Source: Chrysemys picta bellii
Taxonomy: Eukaryota
Reading direction: 5' to 3'
Assembly: GCF_011386835.1 (NCBI RefSeq)
Contig: NC_088793.1
Span: 128,464,001 to 128,528,000 of the forward strand
DNA: 64,000 nt
Below the pieces are notes generated by a model that had not been told where the DNA came from, searched no databases, and worked only from the letters and a program-made list of their open reading frames with translations. Below, in pieces: positions 50,601 through 61,179 of this stretch; position 1 is the first letter of the stretch, and every line of letters starts with the position of its first letter. The position numbers and the translations under genes are program-made.

Positions 50601-53600
50601 GGGACAGTAGATCTGGAAATGAAGGCAGAGTCCATGGAGGTCAAATAGAGGCTGTGAAGATTCATGAACCCAGCACTGTCACAACCGTGCTGGAGCTATA
50701 AGAATTATTTTGGTATGGTCTTGTTTTAATTTGAAAATCACCTGTGTGATGAGAGGAATGGTGAGAAATATGTACATGAGGCTTGGCCCCTGCTGAAGGA
50801 GAAAAGCAGGGGTCAAAAAAGCCTGGGCTGTGACCCACTTGACACTAAAACTGATGGCATTTCCTGTTGTCTTTTGTTGCAAATAGTCTGACTGATTGGA
50901 TACGCCAGGCATGAAAGATGGTTCTGAGCACACTGTTCTTCAGAGACCACTCATGGTTTTGTGAAAATCTCCTGCTGAGATGATCAGCCAAGAGGTCCTG
51001 GGAGCCTAGTAAGTGGGAGGCAATAAAAGTAATATCATCCGTGATGCATAAGTCCCATTATTTCACAGCTTCTTGACAAAGCTGACTGGACCTTGCTCCT
51101 GCCTGTCTGTTTAGGCAGTACATCGTAGCTGTAATGTCAGTCAGAATCTGAACTGACAATCCCTTAATATGAGGAAGAAAAGTGTGACAGGCCTTGTGAA
51201 CTGCCTGAAGTTTGAGCACATTGACGTGAAGGGTTACCTCTTGTTCTGTCCATAAAGCTTGGGTTAGTAAACCCTCCAGGAGAGCACACTATCCTATCAG
51301 GGATGCATTGGTGATATCTGTTTTGGATGCAAGGGAACAAGAGAATGGAATGCCCCTGCACACATTGTTCTGATCCACTCATCGTTCCAAAGATGCCAGG
51401 ACCACAACAGGTACACAGAGCAACATGTCTAAGGGCTAGCTGATCAGTCAATAAACTGACTTCAGCCGCCCCTGGTGGCTGCGCAGGCACAGCCTCGCAT
51501 ATTAGGTCAGGTGTATACAATCCAGCACTACCCTCACACATTTGATGAATACTCATGGGCCAATGACCGGCCAAAAGGAAGTACTTATGTTGGTCTTTTA
51601 TCAGAAATTTTAGAAACTTCCTGTGACTTGGCAAAACCACCGCATGAAAGTAAGTACCTGTAATAGGGTGGCTTAGCCTGGGGCTAAGCCAACCTGATTA
51701 CAGATGGGCCCCACTTGAGAGGAATCAGGTGATTTTTACAATAAAAGGAGCCAGGCTTAAGTAGTGATAAAGTCCAGATGAGGACCGACCTGCAGGAAGA
51801 TTCCCATAGAGGCAGGATGCTCAAAGCTGTAGGTTGCAATATAAAGGGGGAAGCCCAGAAAATTGCTACTATAGCTGTAGAGACTGCAGTGATCAAGAAA
51901 GACTCCTGCAGGGCCCTGAATCAACAGGGTAAAAGCTCTTCAGGAAGGAGGAGAGACTGGAAAAGCTCTCCAAGCAGGGATGCCTGGGAGAGACTCTGAT
52001 CAAACAGGAAAGAGGCTGAGAAATAGAACCTTCTGCCTTCTCTGGGGCTATTTTCGTGTTAAGACATTTTTGGAATTTTAGTTTGGGACAACTGTGACCC
52101 AAACCAAAGACTGTGAACTAGTCAAAGGGCTGAGTCACTGGACAAGCTACCAGGCAGAAAAACTACCACGGCGCCAGAGAGACTATCAATAGGGGTAATA
52201 GCCTAGTGAAGAGCTGTTACTCCACACCCAGTCGTGACGGGGTGCCTAGCAGTGAATAAACTCTCTTACAATGTCCTATAAATCGAGGGCAGCAAACCAG
52301 CCATTATGACCTAAGGAAGGAATAATCAATGCTAGCGAGACCATGTGAAATCTTATGTATTTTTATGAACTTATTGAAATTTTGAAGATCTAGAATGGGT
52401 CTCAAATCGCCCTTCGACTTGGGAATGGGCAACTATCGTGAAGAAAAATCCTATCCACCACACTGAAGGAGAACTTCCTCTACAGTTTCCAGATGGACCA
52501 AAGTATGAACCTTTTGAAGAAGCATTGATTAGCGAGAAGAGTCCCTGAAGAAAGACTGGGTGTGTGCAGAGGAGTGAGGATGGGGAAAAGAAAGAAACTG
52601 GATGGAATATTCCAGTCCCACAATGCTTAGGACCCACTTGTCTATGCAATGCTTGAGTTAGATGATCTACTTAGTTGAGATTTGCGCTTTCTCTTTGAAA
52701 AGTCTGTGTCTTATGGTAAAAATGCTGTCTATAATAGTTTCTGTTGCTGCTGCTGAGCCCTGTACTGGTGTCTCCTGGTGGATAGAATATACACTGCTAA
52801 TGAGCTAAGGGCAGCTTGTGAGTCCTCAAATAAATGTAAGGTCTCATCTGTTTTGTCCAAAAAAAGGGACAACCATCAAAAGGAAAGTCTTCGATAGGGA
52901 TAGTCAACAAACTAGCTATGCCCAGAACTCTCTCCTCATTGTTACTGCAGAGGCCATCACTCTAGAAAAAGCATCAGCTGCATCAAATACAGACTGGAGA
53001 GACGTCCTGGTCACAATGTAACTTTCTGGCAGGAAAGCCTTAAATTCCTCCCTAAAATTTTCAGATAATTTTTCAATAAACTTAGACATTGCATCTCAGC
53101 TTACAAAGTCATATTTAGCTAAAACCACCTGCTGATTTGCTATGAACATTTGAAGAGAGGAGGAGTAGTAATTTTTTCTCCTAAGTAAATCAAGTCTCAT
53201 GGGTTCTCTCTCTTTGGGAGTTGACTTAAGTCTTCCTGGTCCTGATCTCTCATTGGCAGCCAACATTACTACAGAATTAGATACAGAATGAGAATAAAAA
53301 CACTCAAATCTTTGCATTTATCCATGCACATAGCTATAGGGGCTAAGAAGGCTGGTGTATGCCATAAGGTCTATGCCAGTTCTAGTAGTGCCTTATTCAT
53401 AGAATCATAGAGTTGGAAGGGACCTCAAGAGGTCATCTAGTCCAACCCCCTGCTCAAAGCAGGACCAATTCCCAGCTAAATCATCCCAGCCAGGGCTTTG
53501 TCAAGCCGGGCCTTAAAAACCTCCAAGGAAGGAGATTCCACCACCTCCCTAGGTAACGCATTCCAGTGTTTCACCACCCTCCTAGTGAAATAGTTTTTCT

Positions 53601-56600
53601 TGATATCCAACCTGGACCTCCCCCACTGCAACTTGAGACCATTGCTCCTTGTTCTATCATCTGCCACCACTGAGAACAGCCGAGCTCCATCCTCTTTGGA
53701 ACCCCCCTTCAGGTAGTTGAAGGCTGCTATCAAATCCCCCCTCATTCTTCTCTTCTGGAGACTAAACAATCCCAGTTCCCTCAGCCTCTCCTCATAAGTC
53801 ATGTGCTCCAGACCCCTAATCATTTTTGTTGCCCTCCGCTGGACTCTTTCCAATTTCTCCACATCCTTCTTGTAGTGTGGGGCCCAAAACTGGACACTGT
53901 ATTCCAGATGAGGCCTCACCAATGTCGAATAAAGGGGAACGATCACGTTCCTCGATCTGCTGGCAATGCCCCTACTTATACAGCCCAAAATGCCGTTAGC
54001 CTTCTTGGCAACAAGAGCACACTGTTGATTAATAGGTAGTGCTCCCTACCCAGGGGCAGAACCCTGTAGAATGTCCAAAAGCTTATGTTTTCTTGCAAAA
54101 GGTCTGCTTGAATGCCCAAAGCTGCAAGCATTCTTCTCAGAAGCTCCTGATGATATAGTCATCTAGAACTGGAGAAGTGTCTGGGATCACAGAATTATCA
54201 GGCAAGGAGGCGGGACGATTAACAGGAGCAGATGGATCCTCCTATGGTAAAATCAACTCCTAAGGCAATAGTTCCTCCTGATGCACAGGCTGGTCATGGG
54301 GAACAGTGTCTTTCTGTATCTCCAAAGCAGGCAACTCCAGAAGCTTTGTTACCGTGTGCTCTGGAGAGCTTCCTCTAGTCTAGACCAGTGATCAGGCTCT
54401 GGACAAATGAGAGAACCCAGAGGCTCCAAAACAGCCCCAGGGAAGAGCACAGGGCATCTAGAATCAGCAAGAATTCAGCCACAGTGATCTGTCCCTGCTG
54501 TCATAAGAGCTGTCCTCCTTCTGGAGGCAGTCTGCTAGACCATCTGTGCCTGGGAGGAGATGGTGAACTATTGGAAGACTCCAAACCAGTCTGTGAGGAG
54601 TCACCAAAATAGTCAATTGGCATTGGGGGTGCAAAGCCTGATGGGACTAGTAGACAACTTGAATGATCTCACCCATTGTGAAGAGGACAACATTGGTACT
54701 GAAGTAAGTATGGTAGTCAGTACCATAAAGGCTTCACAAGAAGTTGATAGCACAGCATCTTGAGGTAGTGCTGAGAAAGACCCCATAGCCAGGACCATAG
54801 TAGAAAGTGGAGTCAGTACCAAGGAAGATGACCATAAAGATACTGAGAGTGTCAGTGCTGAGAATGTGTTGTTTCAGACTCTGTGCCCTGGTATCAAAGT
54901 TGGCATCAGAGAAGGAGCCAAGCCCCCACCATGCTTCTTAGCTGGTACTAGTCAATACAACTAATAGTTTCTGCACTGGAGCTGATGACAAAGACAGGCC
55001 CAGTACTAAAGGAGGTGCTGACAAAGCAATCATCTCCTGAACCACAGGAAAGTCTGGAAGTGGAAGACAAAGCAAATCCTTTGCTGTGTCATAAGTTTGT
55101 GGGATTGTAGGTACCAAAGAGATCAGCGCTGAAACAGTGTGTGTTGATCCCAGACTCAACAGTTGTCCTGCAGAAGTGCCAGTCGATAGTACATTACTAA
55201 AGTCATCCCAGTGTGGTGCCAGGGAGTCACAGGTTGACAGCCCAGCTGTATGTTGGCTATTAGATGAGTCCTCCAAGGATCTCCTTATAGCCAGATGATG
55301 TTTGAGTCCTTTTTTGAAGAACTCTTCAACTTTGAGTGACCTCAGTCTAACTTGTGTATCTTTTTCTGGGGAGGTCCTGGAGAAGAACAACTCCTTCCTC
55401 CATGGAGAAGAGTCCAGGGGATCTACTGAAGAAAACTGCACACACACTGATAGCCAGCATGTGAGAAGACAAATGCTCCCCTGGGAGGCCAGGAGCTGAC
55501 AGAGGCCTCATTGCCTGCTCTATCAGATGGTGCTTGAGATGCAGGAAATCTGTTCTTTTCCTGAACTGTGGCAAATACTGTACCTCTCCTTAATATGCCC
55601 CTCCCAGAGGCACAAAAGGCAGCCCATCTGGGGGGGGAGGGGTACATTGTGTAAACACTTCAGAAGATGGGCAGTGATTAAAGCCCAGAGAGCACCACAT
55701 AGCAACAGTGCCTAGCACTGAAACTGAAAGAATAAACTAACTAATTGGTACTAATAGCTAACTATTAAAAATAAAGGGAAAGCTAAACTAGCTAACTATG
55801 CAGATGAAAAACACAGCGAGGTAAACCACATGGGAAGCTCCAAATCAGGCCACAGGTGGTGAGAAGGACCTGAGGGGGGCAGGGTGCTGCTGCCCTTATA
55901 TAGCCTCAGGAGGAACCACGAAGATGTGCAGCAGGGGTGTCAAACTCAATTGCACAGGGGGCCAAAACTCAAAACTCGCGGGCCGAACAGTATAACCATT
56001 TATTTAACAGACTAAATATTTATGTTTTTTAACCATTAATATGAACCAAAATACAGGATATCATTCCAAAATAAATACATTTCAACTTAAAATATTTTGC
56101 TCTTCATAAAAAAATATCCTGTCAATACAATACATTCAAAATCTGTACATGCTGGAATATTAAAAAATCTGAAAATATAAATAAAAAATTGAATTTAAAG
56201 CAAAAGTATAATCGTAACAAATCATAACATTCCATTTTCTTGTCCTATTTAGTCAGAGCCTGATACTTGGAGTCTTTTCTTTGCAACAAGTTCGTTTATG
56301 TTTGGGGTTAGGTTCTGTGTTGTGAAGATTCTCAGGATCGATTGCAGGTGTTCATCAGTGAGGCGACTCCTGTGTGACGTTTTGTTAATTTTCATCACAG
56401 AGAACAGCTGCTCGCACAGATATATGCTGCCAAACATGGACAGGATTCGAGCCGCATGTTGGCGGAGCTGCGGCATCGCTTCAGGAATGAAGCGAGTGAA
56501 CTGTGCTGGCCCCGCAGTGTCGTACTTTGCCTTCAGTGTCCCGTTACATTGCAGTTCTATCAGCTCCATCTGCATTTCTACAGGTGCGGTTTCCACATCG

Positions 56601-59600
56601 ACTGCAAATGGGTTGCGAAGCAGCTCGAAGTTACTTTTCTGTGCCTCAAAGTCACTGAAGCGCCGTGCGAACTCAGTGCGCAGCGCGCTGAGTTTTTCAG
56701 CAAAGGTGGCATTTGGGAAAACTGTGGCACTTTCTTGGTTCCGTATTACTTGGCAACAGGGAAAGTGAGACAAGTTGCATTGGTGCATTTGTGTCTCCCA
56801 TAAGCGCAGCTTCACTTGAAATGCCTTCACTGCATCATGCATATCGGTTATTATGTGCTCCCGTCCCTGGAGTTGAAGGTTTAAAGCGCTAAGATGCGAC
56901 GTTATGTCAGCCAGGAACGCCAACTCACATTTCCACTTTTCATCCCGCAGAACTGTGCAGTCTTTCCCCTTACTGTCCATGAACTGGCAGATTTCCTCTC
57001 GCAGCTCAAAGTGTCTTTTGAGAACTTTTCCCCGACTTAGCCACCGGACCTCCGTATGATATGGCATATCGCCAAACTCGCTATCTATTTCCCGCAGAAA
57101 AGACTGGAATTGGCGGTGATTTAAACCGTGGGCTCTGATAAAGTTGACGGTTTGTGTTACAGTGTTCATCACATGATCCATTTTTAGGACTTTAGCACTC
57201 AGCGATTCCTGGTGTATGATGCAGTGATACACTGTCAACTCACCGGCACAGTTCTCCTCCCGCATCTTTGAGCGCATCCTTCCCACCAGTCCATTTTTTT
57301 CACCACACATAGCAGGTGCGCCATCTGTTGTAAGTCCAACGAGTTTTTCCCACGGCAGTTTCATGTCGGTTACACTTTGAAATACATTTCCAAAGATGTC
57401 TTCTCCTTTCGTTGTCCCGTGCATCGATTTAATGTCCAGTATTTCCTCTGTTACGCACAAATTGGAATCCACACCACGGATAAATATCGCCAGCTGTGCA
57501 GTGTCAGTCGCGTCAGTAGTTTCATCCACGGCAAGGGAGTATGCAACAAAATCTTTTGCTCTTTCAATCAACTGTGTTTTCAAATCAGTCGCCATCTCAC
57601 AAACCCGATTAGCAACAGTGTTTCTGCTGAGGCTTACATTTGCAAACGCTCGCGTTTTATCTGGACAAAGGACGTCGCACACTTTCATCATACAATTCTT
57701 TACGAATTCCCCCTCGGTAAACGGCCGTCCTGATTTGGCGATCTCTTCGGCCACAATGAAACTTGCTTTCACAGCAGCTTCACTTTGTGATTTTGCTTTG
57801 GTGAAAAACGTCTGCTGGGATGTCAAATTCTTCTTCAACTCCTCTACCTTTTGTAGCTTCTGTCCTGCGCTCAGGTTTTTGAATTTGTTCTCATGTTTCG
57901 TCTCGTAGTGCCGTCTTAGGTTATACTCCTTCATTACAGCGATATTACTCCCGCAAAGGAGACACACTGGTTTACCTGCAATTTCAGTAAACATATACTC
58001 ATTCTCCCACCGGCTTTGAAAGCCTCGGTTTTCAGAATCAATTTTTCTCTTGGCCATTGTTGGGGTCTAGCTTTGATTTGAGATTAGCGTTGTATACATC
58101 AACAGACCGCGAACTTGAACCGCGGCTTGCCGTTGGCGGCAATTGCACTGCATCATGGGATTTGTAGTGTGTGTTATTGGGGCGTCATATCACAGGGCCA
58201 TTAAAAACAGATATATAAAACGATTTCGCGGGCCGGATATAATTGTATGGCGGGCCGGATGTGGCCCGCGGGCCTTGAGTTTGACACATGTGATGTGCAG
58301 GGTCACATGCATTCCCGACAGTACTACTGCAGAAAACTCTCCAGCTGTGGTGTGCTGGGCATGCAGACACCTGAGTGAAATACATGCATGCAACATATTT
58401 TGAAGAACAATTTAATCAAATGGTGTTGCTATTCTGAAAACACATTTTTATAGTAAAACTCAATTTTTAACATGTTCAAAAAAAGACTATTTTGAGATCA
58501 ATTTAGCTGTTTCCTCAGTCCCTAGCTCCAATTTCTGGTTGCAGGGATAGTTTAGGGCAGATAGAGTCATCAGCTGCTTAATCGGGCAGCAGAATGGAAC
58601 GAGCACCTGAGCAGAAAGTGGCCCAGCTGCTAGGCTGTGATGCTAAGAGGTGAATAAAAATAACTAAGAATATGGAGGACATACAGATATGCTGAAGAGA
58701 TTAAGTCACAGAAAAGACCTATAAAGATGTCCAGTCAGGGGCTCACAAAAACTTTCATTTAAGTCCTTGGAGAGAGGAAAGGACATTCTCTGAGTAGGTT
58801 ACATGAGGCAATGTTAAAAATATCAGTGGCAGCCAGCAGCCTGTCTACACTAAAGCTCCCAACAATGCTAATACCAATTGCGCTGAACTATTGTTACCAA
58901 CGTTGGGAAATTGTTAGAAATTCTCCTTATGCTGGAAGGGCCATTGAAGGAGGAGGCGAACCTAAGTCTTTTAAAGATCTCTGGCCATGGACCAGTTTCA
59001 CTAAGTCTTATCTTTATCATTCTCTGTACCAAAAACTTTTCAATGGTCATAAATAAGTCTACTACTACGAAGAAATGCAATTACTAATACCATTTTACTT
59101 CATATTTGCTGTACTTTTGGCATTGTAAGTAGTGTTAGTAAATGTTATAGCAATCATTTTCTCTGATTGTGTTACATTTTAAGTGTGGTCCCTTTCAGAG
59201 CATCTCTCAAAAGTACATGACCCAATTTAGAACCAGTCTATTGTTGTGTATGGAGCTATTCTGACCTCATTGGCTGGGAAAACAGAATCAGATCCCCGAG
59301 CACAGAGAACTTTTGTTCCAAGACAAGCCAGTAACACTGTACCATTGTGAGGTAAACATGAAGGTCTATGGAAGATTCATGCTTCAAGGGTAAGTACTGA
59401 ATGAAGCTGGCATTGAGGTGCTTAAGAGAGAAGCTTGCAGCATTGTCAACTTTTCTTTTTTTGAGTAACAAGATTTCAGAGGGTTCTGGAGCCTGTCTTG
59501 TAATGATACTAGAACCTCCAGGCCCCTCGTGAAGTTCAGCCCTGCTGAAAGCCAACAGTCTCTTCGCTACAGCTTGCTATTCTCACAGGAAGGAGCAAAG

Positions 59601-60977
59601 AACCCAGCAGTTCATCACAATTCTGCTCCCTTCACCTGTGAGAAACAGAATGGTGCCTCTGCTCCTCTTCCCACTCTCCACTATAGCACCTGGCCTAGGA
59701 AGGGGCAGGGGGGGGGTAAGGACCACCCCTGGAGCTGCCCCCATCCCAGCACGGGAAGTGGAATCCTGTTGCACCCCCCAAGCCTAAGGTGAATTACCCT
59801 AGGAAGAGCTGATATGAGGCTGCGGGGTGGTACAGAACTGATGGGAGGATTGCATGACCGGATTAATTTCTGGGCAGGAGACAGGCAGACATGGGAGTGA
59901 GAGTTCCTGCAACATGGGCCAAGATCACCCCATATATTTGGGACACTGGGCAACACTAACAGTTATGCACACACCCTGGGGATCTGCAGAGTTAAAAAAA
60001 ACGTAAAACACAGACCACAAAACCACACAATATAATTTTTTTTTAAAGTAGTCACATTTCTGAAGGCCAATCTTGTGATTTCTTGGGCAGCTGCCCTAGA
60101 TGCCAACTTCAAGTGGTGCCAAGTTGCTGTGCTGCTTCCCCCCCACCGCCCCTTTTTGCTCTGCTGCTGGGGGGAGAGGGATGAAGACACAGTGTTTTCT
60201 TCCCTGGTTTGGAAAAGGGCTAGGGCCTCTCCTGAGTGAGGTAGAACAACCTGATGTGCGAGTGTGTGTCAAGTCCCAGAGGGTGGTGATACAGCAGGAG
60301 AGGGATTAGTGTGAAGGGTCTTATAAAAGACCAGGTTTTGATTAACACTGATCAAGCAGAGCAGACAGCTTATGGATCCGAAACCTTGGCCAGAAGCAGG
60401 TCATAACCTGCGACCAGGAGCCAAGCACAGTCCATGAGCAGTAGTGAGTCTCAGAGGAGCATCTAAATTAAGAACAGGAGGTGCAATGAACCAGCCTACA
60501 TACCAGGAAGCTGGCGGTCAGGGTGCACCGACTCCTGCCGCAGCCCAGGCCCGCTCCCTGCCGCATGGAGGCGCCTATGACATTTTGCAGAGCCGGAGGT
60601 AAGCTGGGCCTGGGCAGACAGGCAGGTGCGCTCTAAATAGGCACGTGCTGGAACCTCAGCCTCCCACCCGCTCTGCGCTAAGAGGCAGGAGACGCCCATT
60701 GACTCCCTCTTCCCTCCCCCCGCCCCGGGAGGCTAATCGCAAGTGATATGCACTCAGAGCGCGAGGACCTGCGCCACAGGTGCTCGACCCGCCACTCCGG
60801 TCCAAGCGCGTGCACAACTCCCCTCCCGTCCACCTCCACCTGACCGCACCGTGGCCCAGCTCCCCAATCCGCGCCTGCGCACTGCCTGCTGCTCACGTTG
60901 TCTTTCTCGAACATGCTTAAACGCCGCTCCCCCTTCCCCCCCGAAGGAAGTTTCGACGCCTTCGCGTGTTTGTCCAT
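44496..60977 (-). CDS. DYNLT2: Dynein light chain Tctex-type 2 (TCTE3); 4 coding exons, 570 nt, 189 aa
   Basis: Exons 60897-60977, 46257-46475, 45206-45364, 44496-44606, all phase 0 GT-AG. Motifs ERRLSMFEK|[47 protein letters not shown]. Confidence 0.92.
45206..45364 (-). CDS. DYNLT2: DYNLT2 exon 3
   Basis: [53 protein letters not shown]; |GTGAGT. Confidence 0.93.
46257..46475 (-). CDS. DYNLT2: DYNLT2 exon 2
   Basis: [10 protein letters not shown]...[32 protein letters not shown]; AAG| and |GTAGAG. Confidence 0.9.
47132..48220 (+). mobile_element. Solo LTR (Gypsy-like)
   Basis: TGT...ACA termini; 5-bp TSD GGATC/GGCTC with one mismatch. Confidence 0.75.
48810..49100 (-). mobile_element. L2 LINE 3'-end fragment
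   Basis: CTAGGTGCTGTACAAACAC..GACAGTCC..CCCTAAAGAGTTTACAATC, a typical L2 tail in reverse. Confidence 0.55.
51659..52270 (+). mobile_element. Solo LTR-like insertion within the DIRS RT region
   Basis: TGTAAT...CTTACA termini; DIRS-like sequence on both sides. TSD not clear. Confidence 0.5.
53397..54028 (-). mobile_element. CR1 LINE 3' fragment, well preserved
   Basis: Uninterrupted 170-aa RT C-terminus ([25 protein letters not shown]...) and TCATAGAATCATAG tail. Confidence 0.93.
55932..58292 (-). mobile_element. Full-length autonomous-type hAT DNA transposon (Buster/SPIN/Charlie group), 2361 bp
   Basis: 18-bp imperfect TIRs CAGGGGTGTCAAACTCAA / CACATGTGTCAAACTCAA; perfect 8-bp TSD ATGTGCAG (55924-55931 / 58293-58300); subterminal GCGGGCC repeats. 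Confidence 0.96.
56249..58057 (-). CDS. Intact hAT transposase, 602 aa (GTF2IRD2/SPIN-like)
   Basis: BED finger [16 protein letters not shown], catalytic D (AVDETTD), D (TTDGAPAM), [14 protein letters not shown] (YLCEQLFS) and hATC tail RSRLTDEHL. No stop codon or frameshift. Confidence 0.96.
   Translation of the reverse strand: MAKRKIDSENRGFQSRWENEYMFTEIAGKPVCLLCGSNIAVMKEYNLRRHYETKHENKFKNLSAGQKLQKVEELKKNLTSQQTFFTKAKSQSEAAVKASFIVAEEIAKSGRPFTEGEFVKNCMMKVCDVLCPDKTRAFANVSLSRNTVANRVCEMATDLKTQLIERAKDFVAYSLAVDETTDATDTAQLAIFIRGVDSNLCVTEEILDIKSMHGTTKGEDIFGNVFQSVTDMKLPWEKLVGLTTDGAPAMCGEKNGLVGRMRSKMREENCAGELTVYHCIIHQESLSAKVLKMDHVMNTVTQTVNFIRAHGLNHRQFQSFLREIDSEFGDMPYHTEVRWLSRGKVLKRHFELREEICQFMDSKGKDCTVLRDEKWKCELAFLADITSHLSALNLQLQGREHIITDMHDAVKAFQVKLRLWETQMHQCNLSHFPCCQVIRNQESATVFPNATFAEKLSALRTEFARRFSDFEAQKSNFELLRNPFAVDVETAPVEMQMELIELQCNGTLKAKYDTAGPAQFTRFIPEAMPQLRQHAARILSMFGSIYLCEQLFSVMKINKTSHRSRLTDEHLQSILRIFTTQNLTPNINELVAKKRLQVSGSD
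60897..60977 (-). CDS. DYNLT2: DYNLT2 exon 1 ([27 protein letters not shown])
   Basis: ERRLSMFEK matches the ERRPSMFEK motif of TCTE3; donor AAC|GTGAGC; phase 0 join to exon 2. Confidence 0.88.
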
Positions 60978-61148
60978 GGCTTCCGCCCTGGCGCGTGGCG
61001 TCCCCCAACCGCCACTCAACGGCCACTAAGCAGTTCCAGCTTCGCGCTGCGCAGCCCTCGCTCAATCAGCAGCGCCAGGGCGAGGCTTTCCCGCACGTGC
61101 CATGATGTCGTCATTGGCTGCGGACGGCAGAGCGTCACTGGTTGTGAG

Positions 61149-61179
61149 ATGGCAGGAGAGGAAGGCGGAAGTAGGCGAG
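61149..61179 (+). other. Possible ERMARD first exon (ATG GCA GGA GAG...GAG|GTAGCT)
   Basis: ATG and donor in the island downstream of the DYNLT2 start; no exon 2 found in the window to confirm. Confidence 0.25.

Larger units (their letters stand above)
49990..58408 (-). mobile_element. Decayed DIRS1-like (tyrosine-recombinase) retrotransposon, interrupted by nested insertions
   Basis: Minus-strand remnants: ORF1 [19 protein letters not shown] (55523-55705), [16 protein letters not shown] (51164-51640), and ORF2 C-terminal [34 protein letters not shown] (50679-50933). Left boundary approximate. Confidence 0.7.

Noticed and set aside
56298-57908. Plus-strand ORFs of 115-170 aa inside the hAT element
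   Set aside because: Antisense shadows of the intact transposase frame.
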